A stretch of DNA of 64,000 nucleotides from Leidyana gryllorum EB-2025a (Eukaryota > Protista > Apicomplexa). The DNA lies in contig JBLWGC010000143.1 of the NCBI GenBank assembly GCA_048772705.1, forward strand, positions 103,969 to 167,968, written 5' to 3'. Positions within the stretch are counted from its first letter, which is position 1. The number at the start of each line of letters is the position of its first letter. Below the pieces are notes generated by a model. That model made no database searches, was not told where the DNA came from, and saw only the letters and a program-made list of their open reading frames with translations. A program made the position numbers and the translations under genes. Positions 24,194-39,100 of the stretch are shown piece by piece.

Positions 24194-27100
24194 GGGGGGA
24201 CGAAATTTGACCGGGCCATCGCTTCATACATCAAACGGAACCGCTCACCATCCCGCCGCGCACATACTAAATGTTGGACGTTGTGACCGGGACCCTCGTC
24301 CACTGGGATCAGAACAGTCAGGCGGCATTGACCTCGCTGAAGCCGTTCTTCAATTGTCCTTTCCTCGGACGACACTTGTAGCCCGCGGATCTTCTCCCAC
24401 GGAGTCACCGCGAGAGGTAGAGAATCCAGTTGACACATTACTTCACATCCATCTGACATATAAATCGCGTCTGTCTCCGATCTTTCGCGCCACGACGCAT
24501 CGTTGTTGGAAGAGTCAACAGCCGCATCGCCCGACGGCGGTGGGCTCCGAAATACCGAACTGATGCTGCCCCGATGGACGTCCGTAGGCGGCGGTCGTTC
24601 TTTTATCCGCCCTTGGACGAAATTGGCACTTAGGCACAACCAGAACCGTCCGTGGCTGGGCCCCACGCCAAGAGCGCCACAGAATAGGCGGCCTCTGGCG
24701 ATACCCTCGGCATTCAACCACAATGTATATTGATAGGCAATACTCTCGAATGCTCGTCTCGCGGTCAGCGGATGGCTTTCCTCCAGAATGAACCTTGGCA
24801 CACAATCAGACCGATTCTAAATATCCATCTTACCGAGGAAGCACTTCTTTGATACTCAGAATCCGCTCTATCTCCGTTTGAGCGGGAACGGGTGTGAGAG
24901 CTCTCAGCCCCGCGGGTTGAAACCTATCAGTTCGACTTATTATGTCGTCCGCGCTCTTCACAAAGGCACTGTCTGCCAAAACCCGTAAAGCTCCTTCCCG
25001 ATTGTTCGTACAGAAAGCCATTAGTAACTTCATTGCAGAGAAGTCGGGCACTGGCACTTCACACACTTTGCCACGCTCTCTTCTTACGGCCGCCAGATTC
25101 CCTGTAGGAGGTAAACCCACCAGTCCACGCACAACATGTCGAGCTATTTGCATTGTCACCGTTGGAACTACCCGGTTGGTGATGGTTGTAATGGCGTCTC
25201 CAAGTGCTTGTGGGGCAGCGATGACAATGTCCGGTACCCGCACAGGTGCGCCATTCACTGTGGCTACCACAAAAGCCAGACTTAGCGGCAGATATGTCTC
25301 CAACAGCATTCTCAACGCTGTGTCAATCATTGGTTGCCGATGCCCATCTTGCGATAGAGCCGTCTGCAAATGCGCGGCAAACGTTCGTATCTCTCGGTTC
25401 AATCCGATTGCTGTCGCCGAGAGTTGGAGGTCCAAAGGCGGGGCACCGAACGACTGTATCATCAGGGGCTCCTCTTTATCCAGCTGTATACCCTCCTGAT
25501 GTCGCACCGTCCACGGTTTCAAGAATTGCCACTGGGCTTGCGAACTCCGGGTGTCCAGTAACCGGTCTTCCACAAACCCAGGGGGGAAAATTCGAGTAGT
25601 GGCCTTCAGCTTGTCGATCAGCTGAGCCAGTGGCACGGAAACGAGGATTGGCCCAAGTTTAAGACTCGCCCTTTGCACCACGCGTCCGATCTGATTGAAC
25701 TCGGCCACCGGAGTACCCCACGGGGTCACAAAATTCTCACTGTGGACGTCGCGGATTCGAACTCAAAGACATCACATTGGACTCACCTGTGTGAATAGAG
25801 GACTCCGTGCAAGTTACAAGCGCGACCTGAGTTACTTAGAGAACCGATAAGTGGCTGAAGTCCGGCCGATCCGCCAATATCGAGGCGAAAGGAGTCCATC
25901 GTCACCGCCACTTCGATCCGTGAGACATCCAAACCTCCGCTTGAGAAACTCAGAGTAGCTCCCGTCATCAAAGAAGTGTAGTGGATGCTATTCACCACAG
26001 CTGCTAACACTCTGTCAATTTCCTCTATGCGAGAGTGACCCTTCAACAGTATCTTTGCCTCTTTCCGGAGATCACTCGATAGCAAAGGCACTGCTCGGCC
26101 CAAGTCGACCCCAATATTACGGACTCTTAAGAGGAACAATTCTTGTGAACTCTCAACGATCGACACGATGATCTCTTTCAGGTGCAATCCGACATTGAAG
26201 TAGGAGGCTGAGAGCGGGTAGACTGCCATCTCATCGCGGCCTCCCCGTTTGACCACACGTTTATCGCCCACTTCTATTGCGGGACAAAGTTGGTTCAGGA
26301 AGTCGAGAGAACTAGCCAGCAAGTGAGGATCGACCGCGGTCTTTGCATCGCTGTTGGCTTTACGAGAGAAAGGCCTTCGAGAGTGAGCCGGAGGTAAGGA
26401 GAGCGGAACTCCGCGCAATTTGGCGAGAATGTAATCGTACAAAGCCGACCACGCCGCCGTGGAGAGAAGATAAGTTGTCTGGGCAAAAGGCGATCACTAA
26501 ACACCCATTGACACGCTCACCTTTCCAGGACTCTTGAGCGGATTTCGCGACACCATCAGCACCCGCATTTTGCCCCGCCATGCTGGAATCAAATAGATGA
26601 GGCCATTCTCCGCAGTCCTCTTGTGAAGAGCAGCGATACACGGCTTCCAAATAGCATATCGTAACGGGAGAGGTTTGTCTCTTCGCAAGCCTTCTGAGCC
26701 CTCAAGACCTCTCACGAAGACACACGAGAGCAGATCTTCCACCGTCACCATTCCCACTCGTCTGAACATTTGAGGTTAAGTAATGGCAATGGAAGAGAAG
26801 TGAACTACGCACCTGGCACACTGCCGCATGGCTCCTCCAATGGATGCCAGAAGACCTCTGAGGGCCGAGTTGGGGAATATTGCCATAACATCTTGTCGCA
26901 AGAATTCGCCCTCAGGTCTCAGTCTTTCACACGGCAGCCAGTCTTGCCGAGAGGGCCACTCACATTGGATGCGGTATCGGGGTTGAGATATCAACGCTTG
27001 GTGTGGCTTCATTAAGCGAGCCTTCTCCAGCGGCGTCGAGCGAGGCCCAACACTGGGCACCAATATGATTTCAGCGATCATCTTATTCGGCGTCTCGCCA

Positions 27101-30100
27101 GCGAGGCTGGCCGGGGGTGCGAAAAAGGGACCTGCGGTGTTAGGTGCCACATAGTGAAACGTTCTGTTTCCACTGATTGAGGAGGAACCTCCTCCTCCCG
27201 GTTTGATCGTTGGAATCATGACGGGTGAGGTCGTTTGCACGGCGGGGTCTGTGGTGACAGAAGGATCTTCCGGTGATTTCGTCTGTTCCAGCGGGGGGTG
27301 GGGTTGCATCACGAGCGGCACAGCCATCGGATCTGCAGATCTCTGGCCGGGGAGGAAGGGAGGCTCCATGAAGGCCTCTTCGCAAGGGATCAATATACAT
27401 CCCGCAGACCGCAGGGAGTTCAGCACCGTCACTGGCGACCCAGTGCAATCTTCCGCGAGGATAAAGACTTGCCCAGTGGTACTATTCCGGATGGCGGAGA
27501 CTGTAATGGCGGCCAGTGTCTCTCCCTCCAGAGTAACGAAAGGATACTGAGCTGTGGCACGCTCATTCTTCATAGCCTTGGCGAGCAAGACATCGACGTC
27601 TATCGGGGGGGTGAAAGGGGTCCACACATCAATCCATCCTTCCGAACGTGGATGCTTTCCCACCGTCAGCCGCACTCTCAAACTCCAGGTGGTAGCTGAC
27701 AGTCCCCGAGGCCCCTCGGCTTCCCTGATTCTGTGACTCGGAACCTTAGTGTCCGGAGGTGCCGACAGGGGACACAAGCTCAGAGGAGCCAGACGAATAG
27801 ACTGACTTGTGTGATGCTGAGACAGCTCCGCCCGGCATCCCATCAAATTGACAAAGAAGACGGAAGGGAGGATCTCGAGTAAGAGAGTGCTGGGACGCAG
27901 ATGCTCAACCGGGTATAAAGGCCAATCTGCCTTCTCATCGGGCAAATGACGTAAATCCGCTGTCACATCGACGGCAAACTGGCTGCGCAGGCGGAAAGTA
28001 TGACGCGCTTGGTCAAGGTGGCGAAGCTTTCGGGAGAAAGTCTGGTGTTGGTGATCGTGTTTAGTCGGGCCACTCGAACGGTTGTCTTCCCTGAGAGATG
28101 AGTCCGATTGACCGCATAGCGAAGCTGATGACACCCATAAGATTCTGCTAGCGGACGGCAAAGTGGGTACTTACCGACAGAGTCGGCTCTCGGCCTCCGC
28201 GACAACATTTTACTGACCATCCGGTTGACTCGTTCAGCAGACCGCGATCGCGCGAACGTTGTCCTCCTCTCCAGAGGCTCGGGTTTAGCTTCGGCCTCGG
28301 GTCGGAGCGACTGCAGTAAGCAACAGTTTGTTTTGATCGAATCTTCACGTGACTTACGTCCTCGATGGTCGCCTTGAGTGCTTTCAGCACAGTGTCCATC
28401 CGGTCGTCGGCTCGCGATATGGCTTCGGACGTCTTCACCATAACGAATGGGAAGCCTGAACGACTGTCGAACCAGTATAGAGCCTCGCCACGTGTGAGCT
28501 GAGGGAGGAAAGAGAGAGTCGATCAACGATTGCCGGTCCCTACCGCTGATAGGTGGGCCTTGGTGATCTGTTTCGGGTTCGGCCATATAGTCGTGGTGAG
28601 AGGAAGGGCTGGAGGTGACGAGGGCGACATGGGCCTCCGGGACGGAGTCTGCTGCAGATCACTGCCCGTTCGCAGCCGAAGAGGCGTTCGTTGAGACTCG
28701 TGTGATCCCGAGGTGATCATACAGCAGATCTTCTCCCATCGGGTGAGATTGCGGCCTTCTTCACTCCCGACCTCATCGGGAATGATTGTGGGAGTAGCCG
28801 CCTCTGGCATTGCCATAGAGGCAACCTGAGCACTGAGATGGCGATTATCTGTGCCACTGCCGATACTGCCGACCGACGCTTGACTGGGCGCAAGAGTGCT
28901 GTGGAACCTGCCTTGGCGAACAGACTCACGGCCCGCGGCATCAGTTAGTGCAAGCGGATATCTCAATGCAGCAAATATGGACTTTGATCGGGAATGTCGG
29001 GTGCCGGTGGGCATTCTCTCTGACGCAGCGACCAGTGTTCGCGTCTCTTCCACTGGAAGAGTTGAGGTCCCTTTCTCTGCACTGGTTCCAGGGAAGCAGG
29101 GTATATTGAGACCGCAGAAAGGGCTGCCGTCGGCGAATGTTTGCATCTGAGTCCTGTCTCCAGTAGTCATAGGCTGTTCTTGATCCAAAATGCCCAGTCT
29201 CATCTCGCTCCACGCTTCATCGAGTGTTGCCGTGACGAAAGGTTCGTTTTCCGCTTCCAACTCCGACAACATGGATGGGGCCAAACTGATCACACCTTGC
29301 CAGTCATTGGTCTGGGCAGAGTTCTGACCACACAGCTTGGCCACCTTGGCTATGAGGGCTTCCTTTTCGGCTTGTATTGCCAGTCCCAATGCGATGCCTT
29401 GAACTCGGTTCACAATGACATACGACGCTGACAGGATGATCCTGAGGGGTGCTCGCACCTCTGCTAACGCTGAGGTCAAGATGTCGTCGGTGAGGCAGGG
29501 ATCAAATGTGGTGGTGACTCGTAGCTGTGAACGCAAAGTATCGGCTGGACCATTGGCGTCGAACATGGTCAGAACCACCTTGGAGCATCGCCCCAATCCT
29601 TTGTGCTGGCGGACGTCTGATGCCTTGCGACTCTTCTCTTTCCCGAGCAACTTGGTGGCCTTTGTCCATCGCTCGAAGAGATCTTCCCCTCCACTCCAGA
29701 TGGTGTGGAAGGGCGCTCTGGTGAGCTCCTTTCTGCACGAGAAGGCACAATTTGCGAAGAGAAGAGAGTCCCAAATAGAGGCTTACGGATTGGCTGCAAC
29801 TGCAATCTCCAGACCTTCCGTCGGCAATATGGTGGTGATCCCCAGTCTCCGACCGGGATTGATATTGGCCCGGACAGGTCGAGCATTCGGACTCTTATTG
29901 CGCAAGGAGACAGACAGTATCATGGGCAGTTGATTCTCGATTGTAGCTCCAGCACACAGAGTCATCTTACTCAACAGTGCCCGAGAATGCCCAGCGACTT
30001 GTTCTCCCACCTGTCTCCGAGCAGTAACCATTCGTGTTTGACTGAGGTGAATGTGTATTGAAATATCACCCTCGCCTCACCGGACAACTGGAATGTGGTG

Positions 30101-33100
30101 GGTGACGTATCCGTCCTCCAGATGGAGGAAGTGGTATTCCAACATCTTCACTTCGCCCTTGAGATCTGTCGGCCAGTCAATACTCACAGGCTGAGAAGTG
30201 AGCTCCTTTGACCTTTTGCGTTGTTCTCGAATCATTTGACTCTCTTCTGCAGCTCCAGAGGGAAGAGGGCCAAAGATCTGTGGGACTTCGACCTTGGTGG
30301 CCATGTAGTTTCGGGTATCAATCGATGCTTGGAGCTTTGCGCCCGCCCACGTGGCACTGCAGAAGGGTATACTGCAACAGTTTGCGGGAACGCCCCGGTT
30401 TCGCGGTAAAAGTGTCTCAAACCAGGGCGCTTCCGTCAAAGTCCCCTGGCTGGATATATGAATCTTGACTGGAACTGGAGAATAGTTCTCCACGTGCAGA
30501 GCCGATGAGAAATCAACCAGGCGGAACGGTGTATTTGCTTTGGGCTTCAGGCGGTTTATTCGCCCGTCAGACACTATCTCAACGCTGTGAGAAGTGACAA
30601 CCACATCAGGTCCGGCTCCCTCCCGCCGAGGCTCGATCCCCAAGAGCGTGTGCTTGCCCAATTGGTCGAGGGGCAGACCTCCCACGAAACCGCAGAAGGA
30701 GGGTCGGGTTGGGGCCAATATTGAGACTGAAGAATTGATGACGACAGTACGTGTTCAGTACATCTGGCTGCTTTGCACTCACCCTGATCGCTCGCACGGA
30801 ATTTTGGGTCCTCACTGAACCAGTATAGATTGCATCTACCCGAACCTTCCGGGATGGGGATCGGTACACAGACTTGCGGTTTGATCAGTCCCACTCGACC
30901 TCGTAGCATCTCGCAAACCACAAAGGACCCAGTGCGGTTTCGAATCAGCAGTGTCTGTGACCTCTCCCGCACAAGATCGTTCACCAAAACCAAAGAACTC
31001 GGGGATTGAGCGCAAGTCATATCCAGAGCTAAGCTGGAGAGGGCATTGAAGAATGGATATGCGAAGGACTCGCCATGTCCCAGGACCCCCATGGATTCGG
31101 TGTCGTCGCTGGACCGAGATGACATATCATCGGGATGCGCAGGCATGTCCACCAGAGACAGACCGCCTCGGATCGCCCGCCTCCAAAAGTGAGTCTTGCG
31201 ACGTCTCACAGCGACACTGACTTGTACCGTTGTAAGTCCGAGATTAGTGTATGCATCGTACAATGCTCTGCAATGGGCGATCCCCAGAGACACACTCAAT
31301 GGACGTTCCGATGTACAGTTCACACAGGTACGTTTGGGGTCCACTTCAGCTGACACTGTCAGTGTCCAGGGATCAATGAAAGCTTCCCAGTCGACAACAT
31401 GTGGTCGTCGAAGCCTGCGGGGGGTTATGGATGATATAACGCTGCCGGCCAAACTCCTTCTTACATTACGTCGCATGTCAGAGACACTTTCAGAGATTGC
31501 GTGGGGGATTGAGTGGTCTTATGCATCCCCGGCTCCTTCCATTTGTAATAGGTACTCACGGGGCAATCCAGCTGGATGCTTCGTATCTCGGCGCCACATC
31601 GAAGAAATTGATGGTGTGTTTTGGTCGCCTCGTCTAAGATGGAATAGATCACCTCTGTCTTCACAGGTCTCACGCTCCCCACGATAATGGGAGGTATTTG
31701 ACGAGTCAACGCACCAGACGCTTCAACGTCTTGGTCAGACTGTTGCACAATCAGCGTGTCTCCCTGGACTCGCTGGCTGCAGTCCAGATCTTTGGTCCTC
31801 AAAGCAGCAGTACGTCGGTAGAAGGCAGGCAACACTCCAGCAGTCAGTGGACAGGGCCGATCGTCTGGATACATACATTAAGGATGATAGAACATTGGAG
31901 AAATGAGAGGCAACTCACAATTGTACAGCAGTGGCTCCCCTTCTTGTTGTAAAAGGTGACTGAACAGAGCGGTGCCATTGATTCCATTTCTCTCCTGCTG
32001 TGCGAACGACGACGGGCTGTACGCCTCGAGTGGAATCGCAGGATCTTCTCGCTACATAAGTTATTCGATGGAGAGGGGGTCGGCAGCTTACGGTTTGCGC
32101 CTTTGGGGTGTGTAGCCACGCCAGCAAGGCCGAGACGGCACACAAATCACTGGAGGAGATGGCGAGTCTCAGAGGGTCAACTTCACAACCGACTGTCAGC
32201 AGCACAGACCATAACGCCTGCCATTCGGAATCTGTATCGTCTTCCGCAAGATGGACCGGAGCCATTCGAACACGTGCTCGACTCGGCAGAGAGAGGGGAT
32301 TAGGCATTCTGATAGGTTTGAGAGAGATGTAGTAAAAGCTGGTGGAGGGATATTCGAGCACTCACCGAGAGCGTACGACTTCTTTGCCATGAGTTTGGAG
32401 CGCCAACGCGGCCGCTATGGGGAAGAGAGATCTGCGGCATAGATTTGCTTTGGTGTTCTCCAATATATGTCGTATTCCACGGGGTTTGCCCATTGTCTGT
32501 AACCAGGTGTCCACTGCCAGTCCGTCCAGCGAAAGCTGGAGGACGGATCCAATCTCCACACTGGTCTGCATAGCCGAGCTCTACGGGGTGGTACATTATC
32601 TTCGTACTCGACGATGCAGTGCGGACTCACCGACTCGCTGTGGACTCGACTCGATTTGGTAAGGCCCAAGTAGCGCCTCGTCCACTGTATCCCAATACCG
32701 GCAGCCAAGTGGAAGAAAGTCTCAGCGGTGGGATCCGCCGCGTCCGTTTGTTCCCACGAAAAGCGTCCAGGGAGAATGACAGAGCATTTCACACCCTCAA
32801 CTTTCAGCTCAAAGTGTTTGAGATAACCGGCAAAGTCCAGTTTCCATGGACTATCGCTGTAATTGCTGCGAGGATTGATCTTGAGTTGACATCCTTGAAG
32901 CAACGCTACCAGTTCCCAGGCGTCTGAGATCGAGACATATAGACAGCTATCACGCCGGGCGCTTACTGAGCAGCGACATCATATTCGCCAAGTGACCGAT
33001 GGTTTCAAAGGCAGCAATGCCTTCCCCAGCCGTGTCATCCTGAGATCCGGCCTCATCAAAGTCATCTCGCGACGTCCACACCCCTACTTGAGGCGAGTCT

Positions 33101-36100
33101 GCCTTTCGACGCTCATACTCCATGTACGGAGCGGGAGACCGAATGTCTCCTCCGCCTCCGTAACGAGGCCCTCCTCGCTTGTGGGACCACCCCTTGGCTA
33201 AGAGGGTGCGGCTCAAGCCTTGACTTTGTGTTTGCCAGTCTCTGAGCAACGAATTACGTTTCTGTGCCCGACGCCATCCTTCCGGCAGATAGCCGGATTC
33301 GGCCGTTTCCCACAGTCGGCTGACTTCAGTTTCCGTCGAAGGACCCCCCTGCGCGGTTCCATATCGCCTGCTACGTATGAGTCGGTAATCTGACTCCAGT
33401 CTGCTCGATGAACTACGATCTCCTCTTCTCAAGAGACCTATGGCCGACATGTGATCTCCTGTGGCAACGGATTGCAGGTCGAGGGGGGTAGCGGCGTCAG
33501 TGAAGATAGACCCCCGATCTTGTTCATCCGCAGTTTCCATCATGGCTAACTGGTCTCGAACAGAGTGTATAATATGGATACTTGGCCATCGAATCTCTTC
33601 AACTTCCTCTGCACAGCTTTTCCATCACGCAAGAATCTAAAATCGACTCACCTTCACCAGTCTTCACTCCATTATGGCCCTGCATACCCGCCACCATTGA
33701 GAACATGCGCGACTCTAACAATGCATTGGCTCGGCGGCTGCCATCCTGCGGTGTTGTGACGCCAGTATTCCCTTTACGCTGGAGGAGTTCACGAGTCACA
33801 TGCTCAGACAGCAGCAAAACACAGACGCCAAGGAAGGATGGGCGTAACGTGACAATTGGGTTCTTGACTTGAAGTGAAGTCCGCATACACGGACGATTGT
33901 GACCAGCATCGGTGCTCGGAAGCTCGAAAGCCGGTTCGGTGAATAGCTCATGCACAACTATACTACCCGACGTCTCATCCTTGAGTGCCAAACGTGTGTC
34001 CAGTTGCTCGGTGTCTTCCAACGACATCGGCTCCATCGAGAAGGCGATATCTGGAGCACGATCTCTGTTCTCGGGGCTGAGATCTGGAGTCTCTGTCAGA
34101 CATATGGTCCCCGGATCATCATGTTCCTCGAACACCGTTGGCGTTTCTCTGGCCACCAGATCATGCTCGAACCTGAGGATCCGACTGGCTTGGCGTGCTG
34201 GATGGGAAACGAACTCCAAGATTTCCATAGATCTGATGCTTCCGCGAGCAGAGTGCTTTGTGCCGGAGTAGGTGAACAAGAACTGTTCAGCAGCCAGACT
34301 CAGTATCGGTGCCTCGGTTGTGTCTCGCAAGACAAGGGAGAAGGCGTCCACTTTGGCTGCTACATATATGTGTTGTTTCTCGCGGACAGCATCCAGGCTC
34401 TCCCATTCTAGTATTGGCAACGACGCAAACATTGAGGCCAAATCCGTTGATAGTCTGTACGACTTTGAAGGCACCTGTCCTCGTCTGTTGGTGGCAACGC
34501 CAGTCTTGCTGGAGACCAGTAGCATCGATTGGGACATCCTCGATGGTAATACGGCACTGCTGGCCCTTTCAGCTATGTTTGTATCTTTCGCACTGTTGAG
34601 CGGGATGGTTCCCATCAGGTCACTTAGCGCATGCTGATCACGCGGGCGGAGGGGCACTACCCGTCCAAGACCGGGTATTTCAGCACTCATATTCCGACGT
34701 AGCGCCCGCCAAAGACTGGGATGCACTTCCATTTGCGGAATGAGCGCCGTGAAGAGGACAAATCGTTTGGGCTGTTTGGAAGCAGAAGATGCTGAGAGGC
34801 CACCGTCCTCATCTGTGTCTGGAGTGTCGATCTCGCCGTACGCCCGACTCGAGGGCATTGACAGATTGGACCAGAAACTCCCATTTGCCACAATTCTGTG
34901 CTTCTCATCTTCGCCATGTGTCGTAATGAGCCTTCGGCCCCTCGAGATGTGCACTTTGCCCCCAATGAATGTCCCTTTGCACCGCAGGACAACGCACCCG
35001 TCAACCCGTGCTGAGTCCTCAATGAGTCGTGTGGACATCTCGAGAATCTCTCGAGGCGGCATAGGGTACTTGAGATATACATATGTTGCCAAGCGCACGT
35101 CTCCCAGGTGCATCTCCAGCGGGGCGGGAATTAATGGCTCGGGGTCCAACAGAGCACATGTGGGGCAGGTCAATTTGAGATAAGGCAGCCAACACACTCG
35201 ATCGCCAATTTTGGGACAGCGTGCTCCTCCTGTGTCGCTTCGCTTGAAGCTGGCCAACTTGGCCGCCATTCCATACAGTGTCTGAGCCCGTCTTCCCCCT
35301 GTTGGGCTCCGGAGAGTGCCTCCGGTTCCGCTCTCGCGACCAGTGGCCACAAGGGTCGGAGGATCACGTTGCGAAGGGCTCATTCGATCGAGTGGCACTA
35401 CTCTGGAAGCGTCGTTCTGTACCGTATCGTCATCTTCAGCGGCCTGAGAGCCGACGGTATACGAAGCCATCATGTCGGTGGCCCAGTCCTTCAGCAGTAA
35501 GAGCTCAGCGAACCTCAAGTTGAACTGGCTGGCGGACATTCGCGCTAAGACGCAACTGAGAAGCCTCTGTTGACACGGAATGTAGTCTCCTTTGCTCACC
35601 GGAACTCTATTTTGAGAGACGGATGACCCAAGCGTTCCTGTACCATCATTTCCATCCGCTGGAGAACCGGTGTTCTCCGCTGGAACTCAACTGCAAGCCA
35701 ATGATGAAGAGCCCCACTCTCGAGACGGTTGCTCTCCTTCAAGAGTTCAGTGAGCTCGTCAATGCTCATCTGATCGAAAGTGCCTTCGAAAGGTTGGGGA
35801 AGACTGCAATTCACATAATGTCGCCAAAAGCGCCCTCTCCCCCCAGTACTCACTCAAAGCCATAGGGTCCCAATCGTTGATATTTGGTCAGTGTGATCAT
35901 TTCGACTGCATCGATTTCCCTCAGTCGGCTCTTCGGAGCCATCCAGTGTGCATCCAGTCTCTGCACAGCGGTTCTCTTTCGTCCCTGTTGGTTCGAGGAG
36001 TCCCTCCGCTTGTCCTCACAGAAAGGATCTACAACGGGCGCTTGAAATATGAGTGTCCCTTGGGGGCCCAGGAGTCTCATACTCAGCAAGTCCAATGCTC

Positions 36101-39100
36101 CAATTGAGCCCCAAATGCCCCCGAGATTCAGCCCAGTGATGCATAACAGCGCGAGCTCGGCCTCTGCACAGAAGTGATGATCATTATGTCTTCGGACTGA
36201 CACACACACACACACCTGTTCGCGTTTGAAGTAACTTGACCCGCACGCTGGTGATATTGCAATGTATTCTTTGTCTCAACAAATGCCGACCGAAGCCCTC
36301 CTCCGAAGTCACCGCCCCTGCCGCCTTGCGCGCTGCCACGGTGGATTGCACGACTCGGGCGGTCAGTGTCAAGGACTGCAGATCGCCAACTTGGTCTAGA
36401 AGGGCCATAAAGCTCTGTCCACAGTTGCTGCCCAGCTGGAATATGCGTTGAATCCTATCCGGAGATAGACGGATCATTATGGGATGCACTTTGATCATCG
36501 TTTCGGTCAGCAGGTCGCTCTGAAATCGCGAGAGCCTATGTTTCACATTTAGATTTGGCTCTCACCTCTGCCAGGAACAGAGTTCGTCCGAGATGACGAG
36601 TCGCTATTCCGCTCAGAACGCCATAGCGTTCCAACGGGGTGAAAGGGAGAGATGAGCTGACGGCATCGGGAGTCATCTACGACAGAACGAGACAAGTTGG
36701 ATGGACACATTTGACTCTTCCTACCTCGACAGAATGTTCTTGCAGTGGTCCTGCAGAGGCGACAACTCCTTTCTTCTTCTGTGATGACATGGCCTCGTGA
36801 CGCAGAAGCTTATCGGCCTCTTGTGTTGTCGCCAACGAGGCGTCGTCTCTGGCGAATAATGTCATCTTGGAGTTTCCAGCGGCATCATTTATACGTCCGC
36901 CTCCGACTCCGCCGGGGCCACTGCTGGAACTCTCGACCTCGATGACGGCGCTGGCGATCGATAAACTGAAACGTGTTAGCGGGGGGTAGGATCTGGCGGT
37001 ATTGAGTCGTGGCCACTCAGAGACGCGTTTTCGATTCCAAACTGGAGCTCTTCTTTGAACAGCACTGGTGAGAACTGATTTGACTCTGCCGATCTCGAGG
37101 GTGAGTCGATCGCTGGGATCGAGCACACGGATCGATCCCTTGGAGACTTCGAGATCCACATGTAATGCTCGTAGGAATCGTGGGATAGGCGACAGGGTGG
37201 GCGCAATTTTGACGGGGGTATCAGCAGAGTGCGGTACGGTTTGATTGCCCGCCAAGGCGAGGCACCACTCGGGCGCTGTGGCACAAGGGTGGCCGACTTC
37301 CTCGAACACCAATTGTACCTTCTGCTTGGAACGCACGTGCGCGCGACGTTTCATAGGTGCCTCCAGAGTGATATATTCTCCATCGATCTTCCACGCATGA
37401 TGGGTCGCCTGAATACAGAATCTTTTAGTTGTTGGGTCCACAGACATTCCTCTCATGACTGGACGGAGATTGGTTCCCGTCTCATCCAAACTGAATACGC
37501 TATCAACAAGCATCAGAGCTTGGGGTGTGATCTCGTCCAAGTCTGAGCTCAGAGCCAGCAGCACCTTTTGACCCCAATCTTCAATAGTCACCGAGCTGCA
37601 GGATCCGAAGATCAAAGCGTTGGGTTTCTCAGCCCCGTCGTGCCCTCCCTGGGCGGTTGAGGCCCGTCGGCCTCCCTGTGATATGGGGCGAATCTCCACC
37701 AGCTTAATCAACCCTTGGAGCGAAGAGGCTCCCGTCCCTGCAGCGTCTCCTCCGAGACCTAGCGCCCGACCCGCTGTTCCCAGCAGGACGAGACGCTGCA
37801 TATGTTCCGGGAGACTGTCACTGGCTGTGTCTGGAGACGCTTGAGGGTCGTGTTGTGACCCAAGCCATCCATCTGCAGGTGTATTCAATGAGCGAGGAGT
37901 CAGGTCGCCCATTTGGTGTGAACTTCTGACCGAGTCGGAGCCAAGTTGGCTGCGAGACCCACTGCTGCGCACACTGCTGGGTGTCAGCCCTAAAGCTTGC
38001 CGCTTCTCCCCAGAAAACGCCGGACTGAGCATCTCCAAGAGAGATATGTCGTCAGTCCCAGCGAGATCGACCGTCTTTGTAGCTTCGGGGTGGGTCAAAA
38101 CAGCAGAGAGTAACGCCTGCTTATTGAAGCCCGCCACCAACGGCAGAAATACAGCGGTCATATATATGTCTCCCAACGTCGGGAATAGACTACAATCCAA
38201 AGTCACTTCGAAATTGGATACTTGGAGACGTGACGATTTATCGATGATATGTCGACTGGTTGGATCGAGGGCTCCCCCAAAGGGATCAGACTTGAAGTCG
38301 ACCGCCATGTTATCAAAGGTAATCAGGTTGCGGACCTGACTGGTCTCAGTCACAATGGAGTACGCATGCCCAACGTTCTCCACAGAGGATGACAAGGCGG
38401 GCTCATCGGGGCTTTCCGCCAGAGCTTCGTCCCCCCCATCCTCTGTCAGTGGAGTGGTGTCTGCCGGCGATGGACTGTGTTGCGTCGTAGGAGAGTCTGG
38501 AGTGCTCGCGCCGATACCCGACACATCACTATATCCTGACGCCTCGATTTCGGCCTCAGGCATCACCGATACAGATCCTCTCTGGACCCCAATCGAGATC
38601 GATGACTGTCCGGTAATGCTAGTTGCCATGTGCAATGTCAATTGAACACCCTGACGAAAGCCAGAGAATATGGCGATGTGTCATTCCACGCAGTGACCCG
38701 ACTCACTTGGAGATTAGCGACCATTTGCAGAGTGCTGGTGCTCGCTTCCGACAGCAGGTCGTGGTCCATGGGCCCAGCGAAGGTCGTCGAGGAGGTATCA
38801 CTGCTCTCCTTACTCAAAGTCCCTACTTCGTCAGCCGGCAGTTGGGAGTTTGAGTCCCAGGCTTCGTGCTCTCGCCCAGATGATAGGGGACTGGCTCCCC
38901 CCTGGTCACCCAGGGCACTCGTGTGAAGAAACACATCCGACGGCACGCGGAACATTGGTAACGGATCGTGTGTTCCTGCAGTCTCCATGCGAGCCGTCTC
39001 GTGCCCCTGGTGCTTCAAAGACTCAGAAGCCGACTTGGACTGGATGTTGCTGCCAATCGGAGATAAGATGAAACAGAAACTCTTGCAGTTGAGTCTGATG